In this document: one piece after another, positions 25,110 through 37,223 of the stretch
How the letters are laid out: every line of letters starts with the position of its first letter
How positions within the stretch are numbered: position 1 is the stretch's first letter
NCBI RefSeq assembly: GCF_030684315.1
Contig: NC_081362.1
Location: forward strand, 14,254,589-14,318,588
Direction: 5' to 3'
Length of the DNA: 64,000 nt
Origin: Stegostoma tigrinum
Taxonomy: Eukaryota
Notes under the pieces: model-generated
Seen by the model: the letters and a program-made list of their open reading frames with translations, nothing else
Told to the model about the DNA's origin: nothing
Databases searched by the model: none
Program-made: the position numbers and the translations under genes

Positions 25110-26045
25110 TTCCTGGGATGTGAGCTTCACTGGCCAGTGTTTACTGCCCATTCCATTTAGCTTCCATCTTGCACAGCTTAAGTTTATTTAATATGTCTAC
25201 ATTTGCAATACTATTAGCGAGGAAGCTCCAGGAAGTTGACTGAATAATACTAAATTACAGTAAAATACTTGATTCAGACGTTAATGAGTGGCATAGAAGA
25301 GTTTACTGCATGTGTAGCTCTTGTCCTTCTAGATGATATATGTTGTGGGTTTGGAAGGTGCTGTCAAAGGAACCTTAATGAATTTCTGTACTGTAACTGC
25401 CACTGTATGTCAGTGGTGGAAGGAGTGAATCTCCACGGTTATGGTGGTAATCAAGCAAGCTGTTTGGTCATAGATGATGTCAGGTTTCTTGGCATGGTGT
25501 TGAAACTGCACGCATCCAGGAAAGATGACAGGATTCCATTATACTCCTGACTTGTACCTTGTGGGTAATAGACATGTTTTGGGACTCAGAAGATGAGTTA
25601 CTTGCTGCAGGATTCCTAATTTCTGATTCAGTCTTGTGTCTGCAGTATTTACAGGACCAATTCAGTTTAGTGTGTGTGTGTGTGCGCGCGCGCGCGCAGA
25701 ATTCAGCAGTGGTAATACCATTGAATGTCAAGGAGCAATGGTTAGATTCAGTCATGTTGGAAATGGTCGTTGCCTGGTACTTATGTGGTACCATTATTAC
25801 TTGACAGTCTCAGTCTGGATATTGACATATTGCATTTGAGCATTGCAAATTATGTTACTATCATACAGTCATCAGCAAACATCCTGATTTCTGACCTTAT
25901 GGTGAATGAAAATTCATTGATGATACAGTTGAAGATGGTTGGGCCTAGGCCACAACCCTGAAGAACTCCTGCAGGGAAATCCTGGAACTCAGAAGACAGA
26001 CTTCCAACAATTACAACCATCTTGCTTTTGCTAATTATGACCACT
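25110..26045 (-). mobile_element. CR1/L2-group LINE family B, RT to 3' fragment
   Basis: Minus-strand peptide AGVLQGCGLGPTIFNCIINEFSFTIRSEIRMFADDC contains the PQG and FADD RT motifs. Confidence 0.8.
25670..25698. repeat. (TG)n(CG)n alternating purine-pyrimidine microsatellite
   Basis: gtgtgtgtgtgtgtgcgcgcgcgcgcgca. Confidence 0.9.
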
Positions 26046-26837
26046 AGAGAGTTGCTGGTGGTAGAGCTTGGTGATACAGGTGTCCACTCTCAAAACCAGC
26101 TGCCTTGAAACTAAGGCCAAGCAGATTTTGAACTTCTTTGGATTTGGATTGACCACTTTAGATAGTCAACAGTTTGGACCAACCCAGGACAGGTGAGTTC
26201 AAAAACCATTTTGAATGCAAAGATAGACCACCACCCAAACATGAAATGATTAAGGGCAAACAATATAGCACATAACTGAGGTGTTCAAGTAAGTTAATTT
26301 TAATTGTGTAAAATCTTTTTTAAAAGGTGCATGGCACATTCTAAAAATTTCCTGATAAACTCAGATTTGAGGGCGTGTACCTGCATTATTATTTTGCCAC
26401 CTGCCATCCACACATCAACTGCTCAACCCACTCATACATGACCTACCATTAGCCACAGACAGACTGGGGATCAACTGGTTTCCATTCCCTGTTCTTGCAT
26501 AGGTTGGGTTTGCAAAAATGCCACTTTAAAGTACATTATCTTCCAACTCAGTACTGTTGATGTTATCTCTGCCAGGGGCACTAGTTACAAGTGAATGGAC
26601 TTAAAGGCTGCAGCTTTTCTGGCGTGCATGATCTTCTACCTACTAGGTCCACAGGGTGTTGACAAAAAGCAGATGCAGTCAGTGTAATCTTTGCTACTCC
26701 AATAACCCATTAAGAGCACAGAGGAAAAGAATGAGACCAGGACTGGATCAAGTCATTAATGCCCTACTCATTGGAAATTCAGTTCTATAGTAATGAGAAA
26801 TATTTTGAGTGCAGTAAATTATTAGCCCAAAGAACAG

Positions 26838-27158
26838 CCGGCACGGTTGCTCAGTGATTAGCACTAAAGCTTCACAGCACCAGGAACCCAGGGTTCGATT
26901 CCAGCCTCAGGCAACTGTTTGTTGTGTGGAGTTTGCACATTCTCCCCGTGTCTGTGTGGGTTTCCTCCGGGTGCTGCGGTTTCCTCCCACAGTCCAAAGA
27001 TATGCAGGCTGGGTGGATTGGCCATGGGAAAAATTGCCCATAGTGTTCAGGAGTGTGGGGTTATAGGGGGATGGGTCTGGGTGGGATGCTTCAAGGGGTA
27101 GTGTGGACTTGTTGAGCCGAAGGGCCTGTTTCCACACTGTAGGGAATCTAATCTAATC
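26838..27158 (+). mobile_element. HE1-type tRNA-derived SINE (young)
   Basis: Head ggcacggttgctcagtgattagcac...gggttcgattcc, V-core, and tail ...ccacactgtagggaatctaatctaatc. Confidence 0.92.
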
Positions 27159-28122
27159 CAGAACAAGTTGAATGATACACTTGATTAATAGCTAGAGTAA
27201 GTATAGTTTGCAGTTTTGGTATTAGGCTCGGATAATGTCAGCTATTCATCCATGAACAAAAGCTGCTGAACTATTAAATGCATTCTGAGTTGTACTGCTA
27301 CTTGTGTTGATTAAATTTTTGTTCATTACCAACTCTGCCAACATAAGGAGATCCCAATATCAGCTGTAGTATCAGAGAAAAACAGCTGAATAGATATCAT
27401 ATACTTCCTCGAAGGAAGTAAACATGGGGAAAAAAATGTATAATGTTGGCAACATTCCTTCATTTCCTAGTAACCAGTAATAGAACAACCCTTAAAACCC
27501 AAGAGAATATTATGGAGCAGAGGAATGGTTGAACTTTGTCAGTAATAATGAGACAAAGGAACAAGAATTTCAGCCCTGACCAGGAACGGATGCGGAAAGG
27601 TGCAAAAATGGCACTATCAACCTATGTTCCCTTTTCTTCCTCCCTGTCTTGCCCCCAGGCCATTTTCTCAGAAGTGGGATGACGGTCCAGTGGGCAGCCA
27701 ATTAACCAGAGGCCAACTGGGATTTCTAGCAAGTTAGCAGAAGCCAGATCAGCCTGCATGTGGAGATTGTTGGGGGAGGCCAAGAGTATGCTCTGTGCAG
27801 GCTTAAAAGCGCTCTCTGCCTGGGCAGTAACAGCCACAGCCTGACTCTGTAGAGGAGTTCCTTGCCCCTCTCCATTTCGTCACAGTGGTGGTCTGTCTGC
27901 AAAAGCCATTTTTTAATTCCAAATTTTAAAAAGTTCAAAAGAAGCAGCCTACCTTTGAAGTAATGATTCATTTAATTTTCTTCACAGCCTGCTATTATTT
28001 ACAAATTGAGAGGTCTATGATTCACTCTCCAGTTTTGAAATTTTACCACTCTATCTTTTGGCCATTATATGGCTGATCAATATTAGGTACCAAGATGAAA
28101 AAGAATCCATTGATCAATAGAG

Positions 28123-28318
28123 ATAACAAGGTGTAGAGCTAGATGAACACAGCAGGCCAAGCAGCATCTTAGGAGCAGGAACGCTGATTTTTCAGGCGTA
28201 GACCAAAGAGTCTAGGCCCGAAACATTAGCTTTCCTGCTCCTAAGATGCTGCTTGGCCTGCTGTGTTCATCCAGATCTACATCATGTTGTCTCGGATTCT
28301 CCAGCATCTGCAGGCCCT
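28123..28318. mobile_element. Short PLE family A-related tail-out inverted pair
   Basis: Inverted arms meet at the hammerhead stem. TSD attgatcaat(a/g)gag at 28109-28122 and 28319-28332. Confidence 0.88.
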
Positions 28319-28719
28319 ATTGATCAATGGAGAAAGACAATATGTGGCTTTTGAAAATTTGAACAACTAAAAAGCAATCTAATTAAAGGCAGTATTGTAT
28401 TAGGTATAAGAAATTCTGCAGTGAGAGCACGTCTGCTGAGAGAAGATAAATCTATTATCAAGAAAACAATTGATGGGCAGGTGTGCTGAGGTTGTCAGTT
28501 AGCAGGTCGAGCATATTCATAGCAGGATTGAGCAGGTCTTCTACTATTTTGATATGACTCCAGGCCCAAAGAGCAGCGCAATCACAGACAAAGGGCAGGA
28601 TGCAAATACTGTGGAAGATATCATGCAAAAATGAAGTGCAGCATTTTTAATACAGAAATCTGAATCATTTTGTGCACAAGGCTATAACCAGGAGGAAGCA
28701 CAACAAGCGAATACGGATT

Positions 28720-28915
28720 CAAACCCAGAAGATGCTGTTGAAACTCAGCAGGTCTGACAGCATCTGTGGAGAGAGAAACAGGGTTAACATTTCAAGGCTA
28801 ATGTGACTGTTCTTCAGAATTCTGTTTCTGTTTCCACAGATGTTACAGACCTGCTAAGTATTTCCAGAGTTTTCTATGTTCCACACTTCCAGCATCCACA
28901 ATATTTTGATTTTAA
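28720..28915. mobile_element. Older PLE-terminus (family C) tail-out inverted pair
   Basis: ctcagcaggtctgacagcatctgtggaga is inverted relative to tccacagatgttacagacctgctaag. The minus strand carries decayed CTGAAGA...TGAAATGTT. TSD not resolved. Confidence 0.65.
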
Positions 28916-29359
28916 ATAAGTAGGTACATTCTGATGAATCACTCCACACCATACAACAGGTTGGTTCAATAAGGCCAAAAAGGTGTTGAATGGTTTGTGA
29001 CTTTTGGAACGAGGACTGCAGAAGGAGAACATCAAGTCAACATATAGTGTCAGATAGACACTAGCGCAACAGGTGACATCTTTCACAAATCAGTGTATAG
29101 TGCCTCAGCATGACACTCCAAAAGTGATGCCCTTGAAAGGATGTCACTACACTCTCATCAAGAGAACAAAACACTCTGCAAGCCCACTATCATAATCTAA
29201 ACAAAGATCTCCAGCTCCAGATCATAGATGGCAAGAAAAAAAGTTGTATTAGCCACAGCAAACATAAAAGTTGAACTGGTAGTGCTAAATGTGCCAAAAG
29301 AGATTTGCAGTATGTTGCAGCACACTAAACTGTTGGCCACGGAATGAGTAAATTGTTGG

Positions 29360-30883
29360 AAGGGATTCTGAGGGACAGAATTTACATGCATTTGGAAAGG
29401 TAAGGACTAATTAGGAATAGTCAACAAGCTTTGTGCGTGGGGAATCGTGCCTCACTAACTTGATTGGGTTTTTTGATAAGGTGGCAAAGAAGATTGATGA
29501 GGGCAGAGTGGTAAACGTTGTCCATGACTTCACCAAAATGTTCAATAAGGTTCTGTGTGGTAGACTGGTAGGAAGGTTAGATCACGTGGGATCCAATTGG
29601 ATAGGAAATTGTTTTGAAGATAGGAAACGGAGGGCGCTGGTAAAGGGTTGCTTTTCAGAGTGGAGGCTAGTGACCAGCAGTGTGCCGTAAGAGTCGGTAC
29701 AAGGCCCACTGCTTTTTGTCATTTATATAAATGATTTGGATGTAAATATAGGTCATATGGTTAGTAAGTTTGCAGATGACAGTAGGTGGTGTGGTCGACA
29801 GTGAAGAAGATTATCTCAAAGTACAACGGGACCTTGATAAGGTGGGCCGAGGAGTGGCAGCTGGACTTAAATTTAGACAAATGTGCGGTGTTGCATTTTG
29901 GTAAAGCAAACTAGGGCAAGACTAATACAGATGATGGTAGGACCAAGAGGAGTGTTGCTGACCTAAGAGACCTACGGGTGCAGGTGCATAGTCCCTTGAA
30001 AGTGGCAGGTAGACAGGGTAGCTCGTTTGCATTAGTTGGTCAGAACATTGAACATAGAAGTTAGATGCCATGTTGCGGCTGTAGAGGACATTGATGAGGC
30101 CACTTTTAGAAAACTGTGTGCAATTCTGGTTGCCCTTCTACAGGAAGGATGTTGTTAAACTCGAGAGGGTGCAGAAAAGATTTACAAGAACGTTGCCGGG
30201 ACTGGAGAGGTTGAGTTATAGGGAGAGGCTGAATAGGCTGGGGCTTTTTTCCCTGGAGTATTGGAGGATGACAGGTGATGTTCCTAGATGTTTATTAAAT
30301 CGTGAGGGGCATGGTAAGGGTGAACAGCCAAGGCCTTGTCCCCAGTGTGGCAGAGTCTAAAACTAGAGAGTATAGGTTTATGGTGAAAGGGAAAAGGGAC
30401 CTGAACGGTAATATTTTCTTGCAGAGGACTTTGTATGAAACGAGCTGACAGAGGAAGTGGTGGAGGCGGGTACAATTACAACATTTTGAAAGGCACCTGG
30501 CTGTGCACATGAATAGGAAGGGTTTAGAGGGATATAGGCCAAATGCTGGCAAATGGCACTGAGTCAGATTGGAAACAAAAACAGAAATTGCTGGACAGGC
30601 TCAGCAGGTCTCACAGCATCTGTCGAGAGCAATCAGAGTTAACATTTTGCATCCAGTGAGCCTTCCTCAGAGCTGGAAGGGTCACTGGATCTAAAACATT
30701 AGCTCTGAAGGCTTTCCACAGATGCTGGTAGGCCTCCAGAGCTTGTCCAGCAGTTTCTGTTTTTGCTTCTGGTTTATTGCACCTGCAGTTCTTTCGGTTT
30801 TTATCTAGGTCAGATTGGGATGTCTGGGCAGCACGGATGAGTTGGACCAAAGGGTCTTTTTCTGTGTTGTATGACTCTGACTA
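29360..30883 (+). mobile_element. CR1 (HER1-like) LINE RT to 3' fragment
   Basis: Peptides RGESCLTNLIGFFDKV, VSKFADD and RPLLENCVQFWLPFYRKDV. Tail gaccaaagggtctttttctgtgttgtatgactct. Confidence 0.9.
30573..30808. mobile_element. PLE family B tail-out inverted pair inside the CR1 3' UTR
   Basis: Arms are homologous to those at 7260-7743. TSD gtcagattgg at 30563-30572 and 30809-30818. Confidence 0.85.
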
Positions 30884-31651
30884 CAAATCTGTGTTTAAAG
30901 AGTTGAGATGAACAAAAAAAACACCTTGAAGTAGATAGAATGCAAAACCACTTGGGATTTGCCAGAGAAGATTGCACCTGCCCTAAAAGCCAGTTTGAAA
31001 GACAATAGAAAGGAGCCAAAGAAGTAATCAAGAAAGTGACAATCACTGTAGAATAGATTAGCAGCATGATAACAGTGGAAAAAAACCTGGTGAGCTGAGG
31101 AAATGCATCAAACCAAGGATCTAAATAAAGCTCTGAAGAGGTCTTATTACCTCCATGCCAACCTTCAAGGAATTTTCACAACTTGGACCACAAAAATTTT
31201 CACTACCATTGATGCGAAAAATAATTATTGGCGAGTAAAGTTGGAGAAAGCAGCAGCTTTCTAACTACATTCTGGACACTCTCTGGGAGTTACAGATGGT
31301 TCTGCATGTCACTTGGCATACTCATAGCCCCAGAGGAATATCAGCATACAACATGAACTAATTAGTGATCTTCTCAGAATGGGGGCTGGAGTGGATACAT
31401 GCAGAAACACATGACAGAAGCCGTTGCTGATCACTCTTGAAATTGATTGTAACTTTGAGGTAGAGCTCGCCAGGTCAATCTGAAGCTGAACAATGCAAAG
31501 TACAATTAAGAGATGCCTGAAGTCAAGTATCTAAGCCCTGTACTGACAGGAAACGTTCTTTGCCTGGATCTCAGAAAGGTGAGAGCTTTAGCAATAATGC
31601 AGCAACTACCATGTGAAAGCAGTGCAGTGATTTGCCAAATCTATTAACTGG

Positions 31652-31990
31652 GGCAACACAGTGGCTCAGTGGTTAATGTTGCTGCCTCAACGCAAGGGAC
31701 CTAAGCTCGATTCTACCCTTGGGCAAGGGTGTCTCTGTGGAGTTTGCATATACTTCCCATGTCTGTGTGGGTTTCCTCCTACAGTCCAAAGGTGTGCACG
31801 TTAGGTGGATTGGCCATGCTGAATTGCCCCATAATGTCCACAGATGTGTAGGCTAGATGGATGAGCCATGGGAAATGTGGGGTTATTGGGATAGAGTAGC
31901 AAGGGTAGATCTGGGTGGAATGCTCTTCAGAGAGCCAGTGTGGGCTTGATGAGCTGAATGGCCTGCTTCCACACTGTAGGGATTCTGTCG
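31652..31990 (+). mobile_element. HE1-type SINE
   Basis: Head ggcaacacagtggctcagtggtta, V-core, and tail gcctgcttccacactgtagggattct. Confidence 0.85.
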
Positions 31991-32481
31991 TTCTTAACTA
32001 AAAAGTAGATTGGACAAGGATTTTGCCATTTGAGAATAAACAATTAAGCTAACTCTCAGCCTGGATATAAATGTTCAACACTATCAGTGAGTGGAAATGA
32101 ATAAGCTGATATACCTTTACAACTACATGAACATATACAGAACTGGAGAAGGTGATCAGGAAGCTGTGATCTGATTACCTGCACAATCCACAAGTCATAG
32201 CAGCCCAAAAACAGAAATGGGACAACCATGGCAAGGAAAAAATGGACACGAGAATGAACCAGCCATGTGAACAGCCGACAACAACAAGTGCATGTACCAT
32301 TAAGCAATCAAGATGATGTAAAGATTGTGTACAATGCATATGCAGAACGGATGACAATAACAGACTTATAATGCATGACAATAGTTGCATGCATATTTGA
32401 GTAATAATATGAGGAATTCAGTTACAAACAGTTCATGCAAGTTTTTTTGCTTGCCGTAGAAAGGGTAAATGTTTGAATGCG

Positions 32482-32797
32482 TAGAATCCTTACAGTGTGG
32501 AAACGGGCCCTTTGGCCCAACAAGTCCACACCGAACCTCAAAGCATCCCACCCAGGCCCACTTTTGTGAGAACCCACCTCATCCACGCATCCCTGAACAC
32601 TATGGGCAATTTAGCATGGCCAATCCACCTAGTATGCAAATCTTTGGACTGTGGGAGGAAACCGGAGCACCCGAAGGAAATCCACACAGACACAGGGAGA
32701 ATGTGCAATCTCCACAAAGGCAGTCACCCTAGGGGGGAATCGAACCCAGGTCCCTGGCGCAGTGAAGCAGCAGTGCTAACTACTGAGCCACCGTGCC
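32482..32797 (-). mobile_element. HE1-type SINE
   Basis: The reverse complement begins ggcacggtggctcagtagttagcactgctgc and ends in the CR1-type tail. Confidence 0.9.
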
Positions 32798-33289
32798 AAT
32801 ATAATTATGCGAGAATGTCCTTCTTGGTCTGTTGTCGTCATGTAACCTCTATCATGATGCAAACATACTGGAACCAATAATTTTACAGACTTCAGTGTAG
32901 ATACTGTTTAGATAAGGCTGCTGAGTAGTGAGCACTGAACACTGGCATTGATGTTCAGAAAGCCTGCAGGCTATTCCCAAAATTGCTTGTTTTATTTCTC
33001 CTTTTTACAAGCTGTACAAATTGCATTGATTGTTCACTATACCTTTTTGGCATTACTGGTCTGAAAGGCCAAATACTGTGATTGTGCCTCATTTCAGACA
33101 ATCTGTTGAATAACCAAATACCTGTTAGTTATTGCAAACAAATGAGTGGTTTGATTAAGGGGCAGTCTGATCAAAGTCTTTGTGATCTCAACAAGGAAAT
33201 ACAGGGTAAATAGGGATTGACTATTTCCACTAACTGGGGGATTCTGGAACTGGGGGGCATTGTCTAAAAGTTCGGGCCAATCCATTCAA

Positions 33290-35296
33290 GAGAGATGTTA
33301 GAGAGAGGTGGTGGTGTGGCACTGTTAGTCAAGGACAGTATTATGGTGGCAGAAAGGACATTTGATGAGGACTCAATTACTGAGGTAGTGTGGGCTGAGG
33401 TTAGAAACAGGAAAGGTGAGGTCACTCTGTTGGGAGCTTTCTATAGGCCTCCAAAAGGTTCCAGAGATGTTGAGGAAACGATTGCACAGATGATTCTAGG
33501 TAGGAGCAAAAGTAACAGGGTAGTTGTTATGGGGACTTTAACTTTCCAAATATTGACTGGAAACACCATAGTTTCAGTACTTTAGATGGGTCAGTTTTTG
33601 TCCAATGTGTGCAGGAGGGTTTCCTGACATAGTATGTAGATAAGCCAACAAGAGGCGAGGCCACTACTGGGTAATGAACCAGGCCAGGTGTTAGATTTGG
33701 AGGTAGGTGAGCACTTTGGTGATAGTGACCACAAGTCGGTGACGTTTACTTTAACAATGGAAAGGGATAGGTGTCTACTGTAGCGCAAGAGTTATAGCTG
33801 GGGGAAAGGCAGTTATGAGGCGATTGGGCAAGATTTAGGATGCACTGGATGGGGAAGGAAGCTGCAGGGGCTGGGCACAATTGAAATGTGGAGCTTGTTC
33901 AAGGAACAGCTACTGTGTGTCCTTTATAAGTATGTACCTGTCAGGCAGGGAGGAAGTGGTTGAGCAAGAGAACCGTGGTTTAGATTAGATTAGATTAGAT
34001 TCCCTACAGTATGGAAACAGGCCCTTCGGCCCAACAACTAAAGAAGTTGAATCTCTTGTCAAGAGGAAGAAGGAGGCTGATGGAAAGATTAGGCATGAAG
34101 GCTCAGTTAGGGCACTTGAGAGTTCCAAGTTAGCCAGGAAGGATCTAAAGATAAAGCTAAGAAGAGCCAGGAGGGGACATGAGAAGTCTTTGGCGGGTAG
34201 GATCAAGGAAAACGCTAAAGCTTTCTATTGGTATGTCAGGAATAAAAGAATGACTAAACTAAGATTAGGGCCAGTCGTGGACAGTAGTGGGAAGTTGTGC
34301 ATGGAGTCCGAAGAGAGAGAGGCGCTACATGAATACTTTTCGTCAGTATTCACACTGGAAAAAGAGAATTTTGTCAAGAAGAATACTGAGATACAGGCTA
34401 TTGGACTAGACGGGATTGAGAGGGTTCATAAAGAGGAGGTGTTAGCAATTCTGGAAAGTGTGAAAATAACAAGTTCCCTGGGCCAGATGGGATTTATCCT
34501 AGGATTCTCTGGGAAGCTAGGGAGGAGATTGCAGAGCCTTTGGCTTTGATCTTTATGTTGCCATTGTCTACAAGAATAGTGCCAGAAGACTAGAGGATAG
34601 CAAATATTGTCCCCTTGTTCAAGAAGGGGAGTAGAGACAACCCTGGTAATTATAGACCAGTGAGCCTTACTGCTGTTATGGGTAAAATGTTGGAGAGAAC
34701 TACAAGAGATAGGATTTATAATCATCTAGAAAGGAATAATTTGATTAGGGATTGTCAACACAGTTTTGTGAAGGGTAGGTCGTGTCTCTCAAACCTTATT
34801 GAGATCTTTGAGAAGGAGACCAAACAGGTGGATGAGGGTAAAGCGGTTGATGTGGTGTATTTGGATTTCAGGGAGGGCATGTCTTATGAGGAAAGGCTGA
34901 GGGACTTGAGGCTGTTTTCGTTCGAGAGAAGAAGGTTAAGAGGTGACTTAATAGAGACATATAAGATGATCAGAGGATTAGATAGGGTGGACATTGAGAG
35001 CCTTTTTCCTAGGATGGTGACGGTGAGCACGAGGGGACATAGCGTTAAATTAAGGGATGATAGATATAGGACAGATGTCAGAAGTAGGTTCTTCACTCAG
35101 AGTCATAAGGGCATGGAATGCCTTGCCTGCAACAGGAATAGACTTGCCAACTTTAAGGGCATTTAAACAGTCATTGGATAAACATAGGGATGATAATGAA
35201 ATAGTGTAGGTTCGATGGGCTTCAGATTGGTTTCACAGGTCAGTGCAACATCGAGGGCCAAAGGGCCTGTCCTGCGCTGTTGTGTTCTGTGTTCTA
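33290..35296 (+). mobile_element. CR1 LINE ORF2 fragment (APE endonuclease to 3' tail) with most of the RT core deleted
   Basis: Endonuclease peptides RGGGVALLVKDS, GAFYRPP and FGDSDH, then KENAKAFY and PGNYRPVSLT. YLDF is joined directly to EGMSYEERLRDL at about 34870. A 55-bp inverted HE1/HER1 tail is inserted at 33982-34036. Confidence 0.92.
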
Positions 35297-35354
35297 CACA
35301 TTCAAGGTGTTAGCGATTTGGAACAGTCTTCCACAGACAGCAGTTGATGCTACA

Positions 35355-35558
35355 TCGTAGGATACCTGCAGTATGGAAGCTGGCCAATTGGCCTATTGAA
35401 CATACTCTAGCCCCCAAAGTGCATCCCACCCAGACCCAAACCACACCCCTCCCATATCCCTGTAACCCTGCATTTCCCTTGACTAATCCACCAGACCTGC
35501 ACATCGCTGACACTAAGTGCAATTTAGCATGGCAAATCCACTTAACATGCACATCTTT
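35355..35558 (-). mobile_element. HE1-type SINE 3' portion
   Basis: catcccacccagaccc...taatccaccagacctgcacatc...caatttagcatggcaaatccac. Confidence 0.75.
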
Positions 35559-36151
35559 CGATCAGTTGTTTGATTTTATATCTGAGAAGGAGATATTTTT
35601 GTTAAGCAAAGGCATTAAGGGTTATAGACCAAAGGCAAGTAAATGGACTTAGGCCACAGATCAGCTATAATCTCATTGAATGGTAGAAGAAGCTCAAGGG
35701 GTTGAATGGTCTTTTCCTGTTTCAATGCTGTATATATTTTCTCACAGTATACTGCATACTGTTGCACCCTATACTCAGTGGAATTTCTCTGTTTCCAAAC
35801 CTAACATGCCCTAGAGCCTTTCTCTTGGTTTGCCAAATTCCAAAGCCCTTTCCTATCCAACGTGCACTTGTCCCAGTCTGTGCTGCTGAATCCTTCTCTT
35901 CCCCAAGGGTTCCATATTCTAGGATTAGTGCTTCTTGCTACCAATCTGAAGTATCCCATATAATTCATCTAGGTTTGAAGGCTCCTCTCTGCTGGCACTG
36001 CAGCACACCAAGGAGTGGCAGCAGAGAAGAATGAAGTTACTGAATGACGTAATATTATAAATTATTTACATGTCAGAATCAGCCAATCAACACAAGTTAT
36101 GCATGATGCTGTTTCTGCTTAATTAAACCACCTTTGGCCTCTTTCTTTTAA

Positions 36152-36324
36152 CCTATAACACGATAATCACATTCTTGTGTGACCTCACACTATAGAAAAT
36201 CATCTTTTCAAATCGCTATACCTATACAAATGAAAGTTCATGTTATCCAAATAGCATCCACTTTTCATCAGTCACGTTACAGCCAATTCATGTTAATGCA
36301 ACACATGGTAAAGCAGAACTATCT
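36152..36324 (-). mobile_element. Tc1/mariner (Tigger-like) MITE, one end truncated, abutting (TA)n at 36324-36344
   Basis: Inverted homolog of 37023-37223 along its length. Ends aagcagaactatcta followed by TA repeats. Confidence 0.7.
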
Positions 36325-37022
36325 ATATATATATATATATATATAAACAACATATAATTAATAATCTTGATCATCCTCTAATTTTTGCCAGTATTCTGAA
36401 TACATTATATGACTAACTGCATATTGATACCACCAGTAGCCCATTGTGAAAAAAATAATATCACAATCTGAGATTTCTTCCTATGCAGCACATTCTAATG
36501 TATTAAATACTGATGCAAGTAAAGTAAATTAAACATAAATAAACAATTAAACCTAAAGTTAGTGATAATAAGTAAAATATTGTTGAGGAGCCCTAACAAA
36601 CTAGTCTTAACTTCAAATGCTCCATTCTGAAATATTAAACATTGGTTCAAGTTCAAAACTACTTTATCAGTTGTTGATCGTGTGCCTGAAACTAGCCCTT
36701 TTGTTTCTATGGATATCGTTTTTGCATAATGCCCTTCAGTCTGAGCCTCACTTCAATTTAATTGATTCAGTGTAGGCTCAATGCAAAGATTGCACTTTCA
36801 TGCCCATCACTGCCCATCTTTTTGGACTTGTGTTTTCTTCCCTCTTCTAGCCCATTTTTCTAAACAGTGGTGCTTTATACTCGATTGTAGATTCACTTTG
36901 TGAGAATCCAGTAAATGAATGTGCTGAGGCTTTTGGACAATGGAAACGTGACATCTGTGAATCATCCTGGCCCACTTCTTCATCCAGTTTAAAGCTAAAG
37001 CAAAAAATAGCACTTAGGAGAT

Positions 37023-37223
37023 ACCGGGAGTTCTGCTATAACTCTTGTCTTGTTAACACAAATTGGTTGTAATGCGTTTGATGAATAGTGGACACTATAC
37101 GGATAACACAAACTTTCTGCTCTACAGGTATAGCAATTTCCCTATAACGCGATTTTAAAAGGCGATTTTCTACAGCACGAGGTCACACAGAATGCAACTA
37201 TCGTGTTATAGTAGAACTACCTG
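37023..37223 (+). mobile_element. Tc1/mariner (Tigger-like) MITE of about 200 bp
   Basis: Terminal inverted repeats ccgggagttctgctataac and gttatagtagaactacctg, with TA at the left end. Confidence 0.7.

Larger units (their letters stand above)
28085..32860 (+). mobile_element. Decayed Ty3/Gypsy LTR retrotransposon internal region, fragmented by nested insertions
   Basis: Gag-like EKESIDQ...IVLGIRNSAVRARLLRED (28100-28450). RT-like FTTIDAKNNYWRVKL...FLTTFWTLSGSYRWFCMSLGILIAPEEYQ (31198-31345) and NLKLN...MPEVKYL...DLRKVRA (31475-31590). No LTRs identified, so the boundaries are approximate. Confidence 0.75.

Noticed and set aside
26838-26910. tRNA gene-like A and B boxes (also 16140, 22370, 31652, 32797, 39192)
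   Set aside because: These are heads of tRNA-derived SINEs followed by SINE body and LINE-derived tail, and no full cloverleaf is evident.
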